Shown here: in pieces, positions 19,801 to 31,496 of the stretch
How the letters are laid out: every line of letters begins with the position of its first letter
How positions within the stretch are numbered: position 1 is the first letter of the stretch
Assembly (NCBI RefSeq): GCF_039654945.1
Contig: NW_027361678.1
Span: 14,880,001 to 14,944,000, forward strand
Length of the DNA: 64,000 nt
Origin: Dendrobates tinctorius
Taxonomy: Eukaryota
Reading direction: 5' to 3'
The notes under the pieces: model-generated
Database searches by the model: none
Told to the model about the DNA's origin: nothing
What the model saw: the letters and a program-made list of their open reading frames with translations, nothing else
Program-made: the position numbers and the translations under genes

Positions 19801-19981
19801 CGCACTCATTAGGAGCCACTGGAAACGCTAAGCTCGGAAACTCAGTTCTGTTGTGCTCGTTTCCAGGCAACTACGTGTAGTGACGTGACGTGAACGGGGG
19901 AGGGGGAAAGGTGCTGATGGCGTCATCATCAGGCGCCTGCCGATCGGATCTGTTGTCATAGGAACAGCCGGCGGTCTGCAG
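19801..19981. promoter_or_regulatory. Bidirectional CpG-rich promoter with probable non-coding first exons of ZC2HC1C (-, donor at 19800) and ACYP1 (+, donor at 19982)
   Basis: Outward-facing donors GCG|GTAAGA (-) and CAG|GTACGT (+); X-box-like GTTTCCAGGCAAC (19859-19871) and GTTGTCATAGGAAC (19952-19965); tandem TGACG (CRE-like) near 19881-19893. Confidence 0.65.
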
Positions 19982-20169
19982 GTACGTGACTGGGAACCGC
20001 GTCTGTGTATGGAGCGATGATGATAGGACTGCGCCCCCCCCCAAGGAGGACTAATGCACGAGGACAACACCTCCACCCCCCCTGCACAAGGAGGTCAGCC
20101 CCCACCCCCCTGCACATGGAGAACAGCCCCTTACCCCCCCTGCACAAGGAGGACAAATGCACAAGGAGG

Positions 20170-20970
20170 ACAGCCCCCCCCCCTCTGACCTCCTTGTACG
20201 GGGAGGCCAGCCTCCTTCCAACCTCCCTGTAGGAGTGGGCCAGTCCCCTTCCGACCTCCCTGTACGGGGAGGTCAGCCCCCTTCCGACCTCCTTGTACGG
20301 GGAGGCCAGCCCCCTTCCGACCTCCTTGTACGGGGAGGCCAGCCCCCTTCCGACCTCCTTGTACGGGAAGTCAGCCCCCTTCCGACATCCTTGTACGGGA
20401 AGTCAGCCCCCTTCCGACCTCCTTGTACGGGAAGCCAGCCCCCTTCCGACCTCCCTGTACGGGGAGGCCAGCCCCCTTCCGACCTCCCTGTACGGGGAGG
20501 CCAGCCCCCTTCCAACCTCCCTGTAGGAGTGGGCCAGTCCCCTTCCGACCTCCCTGTACGGGGAGGCCAGCCCCCTTCCGACCTCCTTGTACGGGGAGGC
20601 CAGCCCCCTTCCGACCTCCTTGTACGGGAAGCCAGCCCCCTTCTGACCTCCTTGTACGGGGAGGCCAGCCCCCTTCCGACCTCCTTTTATGGGGAGGCCA
20701 GCCCCCTTCCGACCTCCTTTTATGGGGAGGCCAGCCCCCTTCCGACCTCCTTTTATGAGGAGGCCAGCCCCCTTCCGACCTCCTTGTACGGGGAGGCCAG
20801 CCCCCTTCCGACCTCCTTGTACGGGGAGGCCAGCCCCCTTCCGACCTCCCTGTACGAGGGGGCCAGCCCCCTTTTGACCTCCCTGTACGAGGGGGCCAGC
20901 CCCCTTTTGACCTCCCTGTACGAGGGGGCCAGCCCCCTTTTGACCTCCCTGTACGGGGAAGCCAGCCCCC
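20170..20970. repeat. 33-bp minisatellite (CCTTCCGACCTCCTTGTACGGGGAGGCCAGCCC) with 31-bp variants
   Basis: Direct tandem repeat in the predicted ACYP1 intron 1. Confidence 0.93.
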
Positions 20971-21033
20971 CTCCCTGTTTTTTGCCTGATGCAGAGGAGC
21001 TCCTGGTAGCCCATACAAAACCTTACCTGTTAA

Positions 21034-21388
21034 AGGGTGTCCAGTACTAGACCAACCCCTTCTCAATCTGAATGAGGATCACCTTTAAAATAAAAACGCC
21101 TATACTCGGCTCCCGTGCCATTCACGTGCGGTTGTAATGACACATGAGCCCTGCACCCAATCAGAATTAGCTTCTCTGGTCACGCCTTCGGACATACAAG
21201 TAATCAAGAGGAAGTGAGGGCTTTGTCGTTGGGCTCACGTGTCGTAACAACCGCACTGAACCCCGGGAACGTGAGTGGTGACACCACTGGAATGGCGCCC
21301 GCACGGGAGCTAGGTGTATGTGTTTTTTTAATTTAAAGGGGGCCCACATTCAGATTGAGAAGTGGTTGGCCTGGTAGTAGCAACCTGT
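21034..21388. mobile_element. T2/Kolobok-like MITE
   Basis: TTAA|AGGG start; CCAACCCCTTCTCAATCTGAATG and CATTCAGATTGAGAAGTGGTTGG inverted arms. Confidence 0.65.
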
Positions 21389-21389
21389 T

Positions 21390-21730
21390 TACGTAGTTTT
21401 CTTTTTGTGCTGTCATGAACTTGAGCATGTAAAGTGCTAACTGAGGCCTTTAGAGCCTGAGCTGTAGCTCTTGGGTTTCCTGCAGTTTCTCTGAGCATTG
21501 CATGGTTGAATTGACCTTGGGTTGAATTTCTTGGCACATCTATTGCATGAAAAAAACCTCTGTAATGAGGGACTCCAGATTGCCTGTCTGGATTTGGCCT
21601 TATAACCCTCCTGAGATTGATTGGCAGCAACAATCGTTTCTCTGGAATCCTTGCCGATGTCTTTCCTTCTTGGTATTGTGTTATCACCCTCCTGAATGCT
21701 TCACACCAGCAAACTGCCAGAACTTCTGCT
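21390..21730 (-). mobile_element. Degenerate Tc1 transposase 5' fragment
   Basis: Remnant peptides YQEGK.., NPRATAQAL..VHDST. Confidence 0.55.
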
Positions 21731-22105
21731 CATAGGCCGCATAAAAAAGCACAAGCATAATAAAAGTCGGTCTTTACCACTGCCACACTGAATAACGAGT
21801 GACATCCGAAAAAAAGAGTCTGATAGCACCGGTCCGATGTATACGGCGGCGTGAGCCCTTACAGAGGACATTTCATTAGCAGGATCTGGCTACTATTTGC
21901 CCTTTTAATGGAAGCAGTAAGGGTGTACTTAATTTTTCATAAGGTTTCTAACATCTGCATACCTTGTGTGCTGTGTGTATGCGCACACGGGAGTGGTGGC
22001 AGCACATCTGTGTGACCCACCGTCAGTCCCTTGTGTTTTCTATCATTTTCAGGTGCCACTGTGTGTTTGTAGACTGTGCCCGTCTGCTCCACCTCCAGGA
22101 TCATA

Positions 22106-22500
22106 ATGGAGGGCGACACCTTAATCTGTCTGGACTATGAGGTGTTTGGGAAGGTTCAAGGTGTTTTCTTTCGCAAGCACACACAGGTAACCGAGGGTCC
22201 GGCATGTGGTGCACCAGCAGTGATGACCACCCTCCTGTTTGGGGACCCTTGTGTGATGCAGTGTTTGTGTTTCCACTGTTGCAGGCAGAGGGGACTCGTC
22301 TGGGTCTGGTCGGATGGGTGCAGAATACAGAACATGGAACGGTCAGAGGTCACTTACAAGGTCCTGTGGCCAAAATGCGGGAAATGCAGCAATGGCTGCA
22401 GAAAACAGGGAGCCCAAAGTCCAGAATCACAAGGGCCCAATTCCACAATGAAAAGAAGATCCAGCATCTGGAACATGCCAGCTTCCAGATCCACAAGTGA
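22106..22500 (+). CDS. ACYP1: Acylphosphatase 1, 98 aa
   Basis: Exons 22106-22186 and 22285-22500; DYEVFGKVQGVFFRKHTQ and LGLVGWVQNT (catalytic Arg and Asn present); synteny. Confidence 0.95.
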
Positions 22501-22784
22501 TAGTATCTACGGGCGTCACAGCTATCGTAGTGGCATGACCCATAGGACGGCTCTTACTGCATAGAGTAGGCCGTGCCTCTCCATGTGCCCTAATGTGCTC
22601 AGTCCCACGGCCTATGGGCCCTTCAGCCAGCTACCACGAGGGTCTGCAAAGACAAATATTGCGTGCATGAACTTGCGGCCTCAGCTTTGTGTCCGTCAGA
22701 CCCTTTTCAATATATAGTGAGCACCCCACCATGTATGTGATGTCCTACAAGTGAACGGTGTCTGCCGCCTCTACCCACTCCGAC

Positions 22785-22790
22785 ATTAAA
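22785..22790 (+). terminator. Probable ACYP1 polyadenylation signal (ATTAAA) with a GT-rich downstream element
   Basis: ATTAAAGTGTTTGTCTTTT. Confidence 0.6.
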
Positions 22791-22904
22791 GTGTTTGTCT
22801 TTTACTGGCTAGACTACTGGTGGTCCTCGTCTCTTTACGCCTCACAGTGTCCAATACAGAAGATATTCTCAGCTGTCCGTAATACAGACATGCTTATAAC
22901 AATG

Positions 22905-23046
22905 CGTGTGTCAGAGTAGAGGGGGGTCCTCTGCGATCCTTTTGTCTACATGTCACAGTATACACAGTATAGAGAGGGGGTCCTGTACGAGCCACACGTC
23001 TACATGTCACAGTATAGGGGGGTCTTGTACGAGCCCCACGTCTATA
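22905..23046. repeat. First piece of an approximately 42-bp minisatellite (CACAGTATAGAGGGGGTCCTGTACGAGCCCCTCGTCTACATGT); other pieces at 24603-24750, 32846-32890 and 35412-36065
   Basis: The same unit reappears between successive TE insertions. Confidence 0.85.
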
Positions 23047-24602
23047 CACTGTTCCAAATTATTATGCAAAAAATATTTCCTCATATTTTCTCTAAATTAC
23101 CTATATGAATTGCAGCCATTGTTATTTTCCAGTCATCTAATATTCTAGTATAATTGCAATGTTTTTGAACAAACTGCCTATGAAAACAGTATATTTTTAA
23201 AAATAAGAAACACTCAAAATGCATGTTCCAAATTATTATGCACAGCAGAGTTTTCAACCTTTTTATTTTTATTTTGAACCAAAAAATGGTCAGTTGTGAA
23301 ATTATAAGCATTATCAGCTTATTACAAAATGAAATCAAACAGTTTTCAAGTCTAAACTTTATTCTAGGTGATGTTACATTGTCACATAGGTCCCCTTGTT
23401 GGAAAGAAGCTTCTGAACTCTCTCGTCCATTGAATTTGTCAGTTTTTGGATGGTTTGTGCTTCACTTGTTTTGCATGTGGACAGAATACCCTCCCAGAGC
23501 TGTTGCTTAGATGTGAACTGCCTCCCGCCATCATAGACACTCCTTTTGATGATGCTCCAGAGGTTCTCAATGGGGTTGAAGTCAGGGGAAGATGGTGGCC
23601 ACACCATAAGTTTGTCCTCTTTTATGCCCATAGCAGCCAGAGATGCAGATGTGTTATTTGCAGCATGAGACGGTGCATTATCATGCATGAAAATGATCTT
23701 GCTGCGGAAAGCACGGTTCTTCCTCTTGAACCATGGCAGGAAGTGCTGTTTTAGAAACTCCGCATAGATTATGGAGTTCATCTTTACCCCTTCAGGGATC
23801 CTAAAGGGGCCGCAATCTCTCTCCCCATGATTCCAGCCCAAAACGTTACTCCACCTCCTCCTTGTTGGCGCCTTAGCCTTGTTTTCATGGGGTGTCCATC
23901 AACCAGCCATCCTCCACTCCATCCTCTGGACCATCGAGCGTTGCACGGCACTCATCGGTGAACAAAACCGTTTGGAAGTCAGTCTTCATGTATCGTTTGG
24001 CCCACTGGAGCCGTTTCTGCTTGTGTGCAGTGGATAGAGGTGGTCGACAGGATGGCTTACGCACAGCTGCAAACCTCTGAAGGACCCTGCATCTTGTTGT
24101 TCGGGGGACGTTGGAGGCACCAGCAGCTGCAAAAACTTGTCTGCTGCTATGACAAGGCATTTTTGCAGCTGCTCTTTTAACCTGACGCAATTGCCTGTTG
24201 GAAAGAGTCCTCAATTTTTCCTTATCAGCACGCACACGTGTGTGCTGGGAATCAGCTACATACTTCTTGATTGTGCGATGATCACGATGAAGTGTCTTGG
24301 CAATGTTGATTGTAGTCATGCCTTGACCTAAATACTCCACAATTTGTTGCTTCTCAGCCTCCGACACATCCTTTTTCTTTCCCATTTTGGCAAAAAATGT
24401 AGGCTGCTTAATAATGTGGAACAGCCTTCTTAAGTAGTCTTGCCTTTATTTGGACACACCTGCCAAACTAATTTGCACAGGTATCTGCAGTGATATAAAG
24501 AGCCCTGACACACATCACCATCATTGAGTTTAAATGACAAACAGAAAAATTCTAACCTTATCACGCCTAAACTCTTTTTGCATAATAATTTGGAACACAG
24601 TT
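23047..24602 (-). mobile_element. Tc1/mariner DD37E (TRT-like) transposon, disrupted
   Basis: TIR CACTGTTCCAAATTATTATGCA; transposase pieces 24385-23885 and 23841-23374 with FTDECRATLDGP and MHDNAPSH...SPDFNPIE (37-aa spacing counted). Confidence 0.9.
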
Positions 24603-25892
24603 TGTCACAGTACAGAGAGGTCCTGTACGCGCCCCTTGTCTTACATGTCACAGTATAGAGGGGGTTCTGTATGAGCCCCTTGTCTACATGTCACAGTATA
24701 GAGGGGGCACCTGTACGAGCCCCACATTTACATGTCACAGTATAGTGGTGGTGCAACAAATGGAAACGGAGGCACAGATGGTGAAGTGAACATTCGTTTA
24801 ATGAAATTTTCATGGAACCACAGGAGCACTGTCCGAGGGAGCTCCGAAGGGGGCTCGACTAAGTGAACCCCAGACACCTGTAGCAAGACCCCTCAAACAG
24901 GGCCAGGTTGGAATGCCCAAGGGACGCAAGGTGCTACCTCCAGTTAGACCCAAACAAGTGGAAGCTAACCCGACAGGCAGGCTGGCTGGAACTGCAGGCG
25001 GCGTGGAACTTGGTAGAAAGCAGACGGCGGGTGCGGGTAACAGGCAGCAGCTGGCAGGTACTGGTACAGGAGGTACTGGCGTAGTCCGAAGAGATGTGGT
25101 GAAACTCAGCCGGCACTTTGAGGGGACAAACCGGACACTCACCTGTTGATTAAGACCTAATTCAGGGAATGGTGTCATGTCTCTTTAAGAGATCGGGAGC
25201 GTGCCCGTGCCCTTAGAACTGTGCCCGGAGACCTGCAGGCCACATGCTGGGACCAGAAAGCGGCAGCAGAAGAAGACAGTGCGGAACATGGGGCAGAGGC
25301 CTCCGGGGGCCGGTGCTACAGTACCCCCCCTTTATGCCCCCTCTTCTTCAAGCCTGCAAAAAATCTCTCTAGTAGGAGAGGGGCCAGAATATTCTCCTTG
25401 GGTTCCCACGACCTCTCCTCAGGACCGTAGCCCTTCCAATCTACCAAGAAAAAGGTCTTTCCTCTTACCCTCTTCATGGCCAAAACATTCTCTTCCTCTG
25501 AGACATCTTCCTCGCTGACGGGATCAGGAGTAGAATCAAGACCTCGAAGTGACCAATGAAGCGAGGTCCCAACTTGTAAGATGGCATTTTCAGACGGATG
25601 TACTTAGCGGAGAGTCACACTTTATCCCCGGGCTGATAGGTCGGATCATCCAGACGTCGTTTGTCAACATGTTTCTTCATACGCTGCGATGCTTTCTCAA
25701 GAGTGGTCTTGGTGTCTTTCCACACTTTCGAGAAGTCCTCAGTAAGAGCTTCCGCAGCCGGAATGCCCGAAGACCCCAAGATAGGAAGAGAAATTCCGGA
25801 TTGGAGACCAAACACAATCTGGAAGGGGAACTTAGCAGATGATTCACTTACCTGGTTGTTATAGCAGAACTCTGCCCACGGTAGTACCTTGA

Positions 25893-26033
25893 TGGTTAAA
25901 TACCCCTTTCTGTCTGTCATTAATAAACTGCCACGTGATGAAGACTGTGCTACTGTCGAAACGCGTTGTGGACTGAAACAAAATATCCTTGTCTTGGTGT
26001 TTCTAGCGCTCCTTTGACCGTGTTTTTATCTAA
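25893..26033 (+). mobile_element. 141-bp Penelope-like insertion with a 16-bp TSD and a hammerhead-like motif
   Basis: TSD CACGGTAGT(A/G)CCTTGA at 25877-25892 and 26034-26049; motif at 25931-25971. Confidence 0.65.
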
Positions 26034-29000
26034 CACGGTAGTGCCTTGACCCAGTCATTATGATGCACATTGACGAAGTGATGCAGGGACCCGGGCACAA
26101 TCTGATTGATCCTCTCCACTTGACCATTGGACTGGGGATGATAAGCAGAAGATAAACTTGGGTCCACATTCATAAGTTTACAAGTTGCCCTCCAAAACTT
26201 TAGAAGTGAACTGGACACCCCTGCCAGACACAACATAGAGAGGAAAGCCATGGAGGCAAAAAATATGTTGAATTAAGTAGTCTGCAAGTTCAGGAGCAGA
26301 AGGAAGACATGACAGAGGAATAAAGTGAGCCCTTTTGGAAAAAACGATCCACCACTACCCAGATGATGGAGCAGCCAGGGGAGACCGGGAGATTTGTAAT
26401 GAAATCCATAGCAATGTGTTGCCAGGGAACTGAAGGGATGAGAAGTGGCAGAAGATGTCCGGATGGTAGGTGCTTAGCGTGTTTGTTTTGAGCACAGTAG
26501 GGACAAGCTGAGACGTACCTCAAGATGTCCTTCCCCATGGTAGGCTACCAGTAATGACGGGAAATGAGTTGCAACATCTTCCTCTGCCTGGCATGACCGG
26601 CCAACTTGGAAGAGCGGCCTCATTGAAGAACTCGCCTCCGGTCTGAACTGAATACCAACATCTTGCCGGGAGGAACCCGAGATATATCGACTGAGGCCTC
26701 AGTCACTATTCTGGACTCCTCAATGATGTGCTGGGGTTCTTCTTCCAATTCGGGAGGCAGAAATGCCCTAGAAAAGTGGGTCAGCCTTGATCTTGCTGGC
26801 CAGGCAAAAGTGAAGAATGAAGTCTAGTCATGCGAAAAACAAGGACCACCTGGCCTGGCGAGGATCCAGCCTCTGTGCAGACTGGAGGTAGGCTAGGATC
26901 TTTTTGTCCATGAAAATAACGACCTGATGGTCTGCTCCTTCGAGTAGATGCCGCCACTCCTGCAAAGCTAACTTGATTGCCTGCAGTTCTCGATCCCTGA
27001 TGGAATAATTTTTTTCGGACGTGGAAAAGATCTTCGAGAAGAAGCCGCAGGAAACCATCCGTCTGGTGGAGGACTTCTGTGAGAGAACCAACCCAGCATC
27101 TGTGAAAGAAGCATCCACCTCCAGGAAGAATTGTTTATCTGTGTCAGGTTGATGTAGCACAGGCGCAGAATAGAAAGCTTTCTTTAGCGAAGTAAAAGCC
27201 TTGTCTGCCTCAGACCAATCCTTAGAATTGGCGCCTTTTCGGATCAGAGCCGAGATGGGAGCCACCCGAGATGGGAAGTAGTTAGCAAATCCCAAGAACC
27301 GTTGTATCGCCTTAACCCTGGTCGGGCAAGGCCACTTGAGGAGGGAGGCTAACTTCTCCGGATCCATCTTCAGACCTCTGGACAAGACAATATAGCCAAG
27401 GAAGGGGAGAGAGGATTGCTTGAAGAGACACTTCTCAAACTTAGCATAAATTCTGTTCTTCTTGAGTCTCTGTAGGACCTGACGGACACTCCTCCGATGC
27501 AAAGCCTAGTTTGGAGAGTAGATCAGGATGTTATCCAGGTAGACGACAACGCAAGAATAGAGAAGATCCCTAAAAATGTCGGTAACAAATTTCTGGAAAA
27601 CCGCAGGAGCGTTACTGAGCCCGAACGGCATGACTCGTAATGACCATCTCAGGTATTGAAGGCCTTCTTCCACTCGTCTCCCCCGCGTATGTGGATCAGG
27701 TTATAGGCTCCTCTGAGATCCAGCTTGGTAAAGACCTTGGCTCCCCTGAGACAGTCAAACAGCTCCAAAATAAGTGGCAAAGGATATTTGTTCTTTACAG
27801 TGATCTGATTAGGCCCCTATAATTAATACATGGACGTAGAGATCCATCCTTCTTGACAAAGATGAAGCCTGCGCCTGCCGGAGAAGGAGACTTCTGAATG
27901 AATCCCCTAGCTAGGTTCTCCTTGATATATTCTGACATGGCTTGGGTCTCTGCCTGAGAGAGCAGATAGATGCGACCTTGAGGAGGAGACAACCCAGGGA
28001 GCAAGTCAATAGGGCCGTCATACGACCTGTGAGGAGGCAGCATCTCCGCTTCTTTCTTATTGAAGACGTTGTAAAATGACCAGTAGGAGGATGGTAATCC
28101 TGGCAAGGCAGATGGCGATACAGGAAGGCAAACTGGGCGGATGAGAGCGATATCAGGTCATTCAGAGACGTAGGAACATCCCATCCGGCCAGCTCGTCTT
28201 TTATTCTACCAGACAGACCCTCCCAGAAGGCCGCCACCAACGCCTCGTCATTCTAGGGCGACTCGGAAGAGAGAGTGCGGAACCGAACAGCATACTGGGC
28301 CACCGTGAGGGCGGAAGCTGTCGAAGAAGTATGACCGGGCTCATCAAAAGTCCTGCAGAACGCCCCAAGGAAAGACTGGTGGTCATTGACCAGAAGATCC
28401 CCTCTCTCCCATAACGGATTCAACCAAGTGAGAGCCTCTCCAGCCAGGTGAGACATAATGAAGGCTACCTTGGCCCGATCGGATGCAAACAGATGACCCA
28501 GGAGTTCATAGTTCGGCGTGCACTGATTAATGAACCCCCGACACTGGACGGGATCGCTGTAGAACCGGATGGGAGCCGCCAGACGCAGTTCTTTACCTGA
28601 CGCATTACTGGGAATCTGAAACCAGCCGCTGAGGGGGTCACAGCCTGGGCAGAAACGGAAGAAGTCGTGAATATTACCTAGACCACGCGTGTTGACAAGT
28701 TGCGCAGATAGGTCGTGAACTTCTGCTGGTCTCTCAGACGGGAGACTTCTTGACATAGCTCTGCGGCCGGAGGTGCTTGGGAGCCAGCGGGTTCCATGTC
28801 CTAAGCAATCTGTAATGAATGGAAATGGAGGTACAGAAGGTGAAGTGAACATTCATTTAATGAAATTTTCATGGAACAACAGGACCACTGTCCTGGGAGA
28901 TTTCGAATGGGGCGTGACTAAGCGAACCCCAGACACCCGTAGAAAGACCCCTCAAACAGGGCCAGGTTGGAATGCCCAAGGGATGCAAGGTGCTACCTCC

Positions 29001-29604
29001 AGTTAGACCTCGAACAAGTGGAAGCTGACCCAACGGGACAGGCAGGCTGGCAGGAACTGCAGGCGGCGTGGAACTTGGTAGAAGGCAGACGGCGGGAGCA
29101 GGTAACAGGCAGCAGTTGGCAGGTACTGGTACAGGAGGTACTGGCGTAGTCCGAAGTGATGTGAGACTCGACAGACACTCTGAGGAGACAAACCTGAGTT
29201 AGGCCGGGGTCACACTGTGTTTAGGCAATCCATTAGACGGACTGCGTTACACCGCACTATAACGCGGTGTAACGCTGTCCGTTAACGCTGCCATTGAGCC
29301 CCATTGTCGGGCGCATCGTGACGCATGCCGTAAAGCGTGGAGTCGGTAAGCCAAACCTGCGACTCCAACTCCTCAATTTCCCTTCCACCGACTCCGACAT
29401 ATATTGCTTATATTTAAGTGAAAAATTTATTGTAGTACAATGTGAACATCAGACATTTAATCATTTTTATGATACAATAATCAAGACATTTAGATAGAAC
29501 ATAATATATATTTATTGGAATACAACTTTAGAACACAAAAAACTGTAATAAATTGTAAATATGTAATACACTATGTAATATCGATTACATATATATATTT
29601 ATAC

Positions 29605-29622
29605 AGTGTGTGTGTGTATGTA

Positions 29623-29678
<56 letters not shown>
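29605..29678. repeat. (TG)n(TA)n microsatellite
   Basis: Direct; abuts the DD36E element TA target site. Confidence 0.95.
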
Positions 29679-29681
<3 letters not shown>

Positions 29682-30899
29682 TCACTGGCCACTTTATTAG
29701 GTACACCATGCTAGTAAGGGGTTGGACCCCCTTTTGCCTTCAGAACTGCCTCAATTCTTCGTGGCAGAGATTCAACAAGGTGCTGGAAGCATTCCTCAGA
29801 GATTTTGGACCATATTGACATGATGGCATCACACAGTTGGCGCAGATTTGTCGGCTGCACATCCCTGATGCGAATCTCCCGTTCCACCACATCCCAAAGA
29901 TGCTCTATTGGATTGAGATCTGGTGACTGAGGAGGCCATTTGAGTACAGTAAACTCATTGTCATGTTCAAGAAACCAATCTGAGATGATTCGAGCTTTAT
30001 GACATGGCGCATTATCCTGCTGAAAGTAGCCTTCAGATGTTGGGTACATTGTGGTCATAAAGGGATGGACATGGTCAGCAACAATACTCAGGTAGGCTGT
30101 GGCGTTGCAACGATGCTCAATTGGTACCAAGGGGCCCAAAGAGTGCCCAGAAAAAATTCCCCACACCATGACACCACCACCACCAGCCTGAACCGTTGAT
30201 ACAAGGCAGGATGGATCCATGCTTTCATGTTGTTTACGCCAAATTCTGACCCTACCATCCGAATGTCGCAGCAGAAATCGAGACTCATCAGACCAGGCAA
30301 CGTTTTTCCAATCTTCTACTGTCCAATTTCGATGAGCTTGTGCAAATTGTAGCCTCAGTTTCCTGTTCTTAGCTGAGAGGAGTGGTACCCAGTGTGGTCT
30401 TCTGCTGCTGTAGCCCATCTGCCTCAAAGTTCGACGCACTGTGCGTTCAGGGATGCTCTTCTGCCTACCTTGGTTGTAACGGGTGGCAATTTGAGTCACT
30501 GTTGCCTTTCTATCAGCTCGAACCAGTCTGCCCATTCTCCTCTGACCTCTGGCATCAACATGGCATTTCCGGCCACAGAACTGCCGCTCACTGGATTTTT
30601 TTTTTTTTTCGGACCATTCTCTGTAAACCCTAGAGATGGTTGTGCGTGAAAATCCCAGTAGATCAGCAGTTTCTGAAATTCTCAGACCAGCCCTTCTGGC
30701 ACCAACAATCATGCCACGTTCAAAGGCACTCAAATCACCTTTCTTCCCCATACTGATGCTCGGTTTGAACTGCAGGAGATTGTCTTGACCATGTCTACAT
30801 GCCTAAATGCACTGAGTTGCCGCCATGTGATTGGCTGATTAGAAATTAAGTCTTAACACACAGTTGGACAGGTGTACCTAATAAAGTGGCCAGTGAGTG
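29679..30899 (-). mobile_element. Tc1/mariner DD36E (Incomer-like) transposon, 1221 bp, structurally intact
   Basis: Perfect 29-bp TIR CACTCACTGGCCACTTTATTAGGTACACC with TA flanks. Confidence 0.96.
29711..30751 (-). CDS. Uninterrupted 346-aa DD36E transposase
   Basis: ATG-to-stop ORF; [15 protein letters not shown] and SPDLNPIE with 36-aa spacing counted. Confidence 0.92.
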   Translation of the reverse strand: MGKKGDLSAFERGMIVGARRAGLRISETADLLGFSRTTISRVYREWSEKKKKSSERQFCGRKCHVDARGQRRMGRLVRADRKATVTQIATRYNQGRQKSIPERTVRRTLRQMGYSSRRPHWVPLLSAKNRKLRLQFAQAHRNWTVEDWKNVAWSDESRFLLRHSDGRVRIWRKQHESMDPSCLVSTVQAGGGGVMVWGIFSGHSLGPLVPIEHRCNATAYLSIVADHVHPFMTTMYPTSEGYFQQDNAPCHKARIISDWFLEHDNEFTVLKWPPQSPDLNPIEHLWDVVEREIRIRDVQPTNLRQLCDAIMSIWSKISEECFQHLVESLPRRIEAVLKAKGGPTPY

Positions 30900-31091
30900 T
30901 ATATATAACACTATGTAATAAACTTTGTAAGTGGCAGAAAACAGTTTTCAACAAAAACATACTAAATAACATTTGTGCAGTCTATGAATTTGTTCTAAGA
31001 AATAGAATTGCCTCCATCAGATCCTCCTTCATAGATGACCTAAAATCTGACCTAATAATTTTAAGGCCAGAGAACAACCTCTCTACACTAA

Positions 31092-31496
31092 GGCCTCTTT
31101 CACACTTTCAGTTTTTTACAATCAGTCACAATCCGCCAGATTTTGAAAAAAACGGATCCTCAATTTTCTTTTGAGGATCCGTTTTTTTTCCCCATTGACT
31201 TCCATTAATGGCGGATTGTGACGGATTGCCGTCCGTTGCATGCGTTTTTTTGAGGATCCGCCAAAAGTTGCTGTCCGTCACCATCCTCAAAGATTTCAAA
31301 ACGGAGCTTGCAACGTTTTTTTCTCTGGCGGATCCTCCAGACACTCATTTAACCCGAAATTCTTTCTGGGTGCCGGACAAAAAAAATCTCTCTCTCTCTC
31401 TCTCTCTCTCAAAAAAAACCAGACAGGTGGCATCCGTTGTCATCAGTACTAAAACGGATTTTGACTGATGCAAAAAACTGAAGTGTGAAAGAGGCC
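31092..31496. mobile_element. PIF/Harbinger-like MITE inserted in the hAT transposase
   Basis: TAA|GGCCTCTTTCACACTT...AAGTGTGAAAGAGGCC|TAA; removing it restores TQV-SVE. Confidence 0.9.

Noticed and set aside
22076-22564. 162-aa ORF starting in ACYP1
   Set aside because: Read-through of the 98-nt intron into the wrong frame; the spliced form gives the canonical 98-aa enzyme
28790-28810. tRNA primer-binding site or self-priming signal of the Gypsy element
   Set aside because: No TGG-starting PBS, and no complementary LTR segment found by eye
28253-28852. Domesticated gag gene (RTL/PEG10-like)
   Set aside because: Lies between two LTRs with frameshifted gag and pol; an ordinary decayed provirus
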